Below, in pieces: positions 63,780 through 64,000 of a stretch of 64,000 nt of DNA (its first letter is position 1; each line of letters begins with the position of its first letter). The position numbers and the translations under genes are program-made. The DNA lies in contig CAVSHO010000009.1 of NCBI GenBank assembly GCA_963727825.1, positions 800,001 through 864,000 of the forward strand, read 5' to 3'. The notes under the pieces are model-generated. The model was not told the origin of the DNA. It did not search any database and saw only the letters and a program-made list of their open reading frames with translations. Origin of the DNA: Ignavibacteriota bacterium (lineage in GTDB: Bacteria > Bacteroidota > Ignavibacteria > UBA10030).

Positions 63780-64000
63780 ATGAATTTTTTCAAACGAATC
63801 AAAGATAATCCTGCTCTGCGTCAGATAATAATATTCATGAGTATTCTGGGACCAGGAATTGTAACTGGTAGCGTTGATAACGACGCCGGCGGAATTACAA
63901 CATACTCTGTTGCCGGTGCTATGTACGGTTACAAATTGCTCTGGACGCTTATACCTTCGTTTATAGCGCTCTTAACTGTACAGGAAATGAATGCGCGCAT
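63780..64000 (+). CDS. NRAMP-family divalent metal transporter (NRMT-like), partial
   Basis: Hand translation: MNFFKRIK...LGPGIVTGSVDNDAGGITTYSVAGAMYGYKLLW...QEMNAR; runs off window. Confidence 0.88.
   Translation, partial: MNFFKRIKDNPALRQIIIFMSILGPGIVTGSVDNDAGGITTYSVAGAMYGYKLLWTLIPSFIALLTVQEMNAR

Overview
Bacterial chromosomal window containing the replication origin. The gene content (PorV-family protein, miaB-sigma54-lptE cluster, DUF2851, DUF2461) suggests the Bacteroidota/Ignavibacteria lineage; this is an inference. The core is the conserved ori cluster rsmG-mnmG-mnmE-yidC-yidD-rnpA-rpmH <> dnaA-oriC-dnaN-recF-DUF721-gyrB-gyrA, with two parS sites. The left arm is housekeeping (aroK fragment, PpiD-like PPIase, secDF, rpsT, miaB, pta, dnaX, lon, murQ). 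The right arm has an accessory stretch (VanZ, a four-gene lipoprotein / GAF-sigma54 activator / Ser-Thr kinase-PEGA / TPR module, vapBC, a truncated GHKL-like gene), a MacAB-type ABC exporter, tandem GSI and GSIII glutamine synthetases, DUF2851, a frameshifted pyrF, TauE, and a frameshifted MgtE-N/CBS gene followed by an NRAMP-type transporter. Most notable observations: (1) the kinase/sigma54 module, followed by a candidate enhancer, sigma54 promoter and small ORF; (2) inverted 7-bp repeat arrays at gene junctions, one enclosing a deleted four-helix-bundle gene; (3) an A9 slippage site in dnaX; (4) a promoter- and terminator-bounded structured RNA between dnaX and the PorV-family gene; (5) a nested palindromic repeat element after GSIII. 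No rRNA, tRNA or CRISPR array was recognised. All family assignments are from motif recognition, not database searches.
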